Under the pieces are notes generated by a model, which was given only the letters and a program-made list of their open reading frames with translations, did no database searches and was not told where the DNA came from. Position numbers and translations under genes: made by a program. This document shows positions 62,761 through 64,000 of a DNA stretch of 64,000 bases, in pieces (within the stretch, counting starts at the first letter, position 1; the number at the start of each line of letters is the position of its first letter). Source of the stretch: Planctomycetota bacterium (GTDB lineage Bacteria > Planctomycetota > Planctomycetia > Gemmatales > Gemmataceae); NCBI GenBank assembly GCA_016872605.1, contig VGZI01000002.1, positions 8,089 through 72,088 of the forward strand. Direction: 5' to 3'.

Positions 62761-64000
62761 ATGCGCATCGCACTGTTAGGCGATCATCGGGACGGCTTGG
62801 AGTTGGCGTGCGCCTTCGTGGCTTCGGGCCGTCACGAGATTCGGCTGTATTCCGGGCCGGTATCCGGGCTTGCATATCTGCAAAGGCATAACATCACGCC
62901 GCGACCGATCGGTGATCTCGAAGAGGTGCTTGCCGATCCCGATCTAGACGTGGTGATCGTGGCCAGCAACCCGTCGGTGCGTCCAGCCCAGTTGCGCCGC
63001 GCGCTTCAAGCCGAATGTCACGTCATCTGCGTGCACCCTGCCGATCCGTCTCCGGACGTGGCCTACGAGGCGGCGATGATTCAGGCCGACACGGGGCGCG
63101 TTTTGCTGCCGGCGTTGCCCATCACGCTGCATCCGGGGGTTCTTCGACTGGCGGAGTTGGCACGCGCCGCGGAGCCTCGCCTCGTAGAGCTTGAAGTCTG
63201 GTCGCGTGACGATGTTCTGCTGGAGAGCAATCAGGTCGATCTGAAGCCGAGCCTGCCGGGCTGGGACGCGTTGCGCTACGTCGGCGGCGAGATCGGTGAA
63301 ATCTACCTGCAGGCGTCGCAGGCCGAAGTGGCTCCGGGGGAGCCGTTGGTCGTCGTGGGTCGATTTGTCTCCGGGCGATTGCTGCAAGCCACCTACGTAC
63401 CGAACCAGGCGAACGCTCTGTGGCGAATTTCGCTGGTCACAGCCGTCGGCCGAGCGACGCTGTCCTTTGCCGAGGGTTGGCCCGGGCCCGCGACGCTCCA
63501 CTATGCGGACGAGGCCGGCGCGAGCAAGACCGAAGCGTGGGAGGCGATGAATCCCTGGCCGGCGTTGGTCGAGCGCTTCGAGGAGGCGGTTGTCGATCAA
63601 TCGCTGCGCAAGCGTCAGCCGGGCCAACCCGCGGACGACTCGCTGACCATGCCCGTGCCGGCGCTCGGCTGGCACGACGAGCTTCGCGCCCTGGAGCTCG
63701 ACGACGCCTCGCGCCGCAGTGCCGAACATGGCCGGGGCAGCACCCTTGACCTGCAGGAAACGACGGAGGAGGCCACCTTCAAGGGGACGATGACGCTCGT
63801 CGGCTGTACGCTTATTTGGCTGTCGGCAATCGTGTTGATCCTCTCGGCATGGGTCCCGTGGCTCTTCTGGTTCTTGGTCCCGCTGTTCGGCGTTTTTCTG
63901 ACGCTGCAAGCACTCCGCTGGGTCGTGCCGCCCCAGCTCGAATCAGTCCGCGACACCGTCGGCGCCCCACAACCGACCCCGTCCACGCCGGACGCTCGGC
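62761..64000 (+). CDS. Rossmann-like (Gfo/Idh/MocA-like N-terminus) protein with C-terminal TM helices; 3' end outside the window
   Basis: I translated it by hand from the ATG at 62761 and found no stop through 64000. That explains its absence from the ORF track. MRIALLGDHRDG..DVVIVASNP.., and later TLVGCTLIWLSAIVLILSAWVPWLFWFLVPLFGVFL. Confidence 0.65.
   Translation, partial: MRIALLGDHRDGLELACAFVASGRHEIRLYSGPVSGLAYLQRHNITPRPIGDLEEVLADPDLDVVIVASNPSVRPAQLRRALQAECHVICVHPADPSPDVAYEAAMIQADTGRVLLPALPITLHPGVLRLAELARAAEPRLVELEVWSRDDVLLESNQVDLKPSLPGWDALRYVGGEIGEIYLQASQAEVAPGEPLVVVGRFVSGRLLQATYVPNQANALWRISLVTAVGRATLSFAEGWPGPATLHYADEAGASKTEAWEAMNPWPALVERFEEAVVDQSLRKRQPGQPADDSLTMPVPALGWHDELRALELDDASRRSAEHGRGSTLDLQETTEEATFKGTMTLVGCTLIWLSAIVLILSAWVPWLFWFLVPLFGVFLTLQALRWVVPPQLESVRDTVGAPQPTPSTPDAR

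Noticed and set aside
62944-63909. 321-aa minus-strand ORF listed in the track
   Set aside because: It is antisense to an open plus-strand frame (62761 to the window end) that has Rossmann-like and TM features. The minus-strand product is Arg/Gln-rich and featureless.

Overview
GC-rich, densely coding chromosomal segment. Gene content suggests a Planctomycetota-like genome (inference only): a MoxR-DUF58-BatA/VWA cluster, PEGA, HEAT and PQQ-propeller proteins, a rhomboid starting MGIQDRDYY, an RRM RNA-binding protein, and a Ser/Thr kinase with a huge extracytoplasmic domain. I support about 46 protein-coding genes, including one that runs off the 3' edge and is missing from the ORF track. I see no rRNA, tRNA, CRISPR array, transposase, integrase or phage genes. 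Most genes are housekeeping or envelope functions: nadB 3' end, a MacAB-like efflux trio, two MBL hydrolases, PP2C phosphatase, Fe-ADH, mogA, LplA-like ligase, SPFH protein, MlaD/OmpA protein, sigma factor, rhomboid, SDR, asnB-like amidotransferase, OmpR/HK pair, DUF2330, a multicopper oxidase fused to a CxxC redoxin, fabH and a SAM methyltransferase. Four things stand out. (1) A ydaO-type c-di-AMP riboswitch candidate (16320-16450) with its own promoter and expression platform lies upstream of a small membrane protein and an SPFH/band-7 gene. (2) An oxidoreductase-like gene (40751-42280) is broken by a frameshift and by four copies of an 88-99 nt hairpin element, forming two perfect pairs, one inverted and one direct. 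(3) Nearly every intergenic gap holds a long, locus-specific, near-perfect inverted repeat. Several overlap stop codons, one is inside asnB, and many arms are built from degenerate heptamers. Only one canonical rho-independent terminator is visible. (4) A seven-gene Bat-like cluster includes a 1338-aa secreted coiled-coil protein with His/Cys-free Met-rich tandem repeats. All family assignments come from motif recognition by eye and no searches were run.
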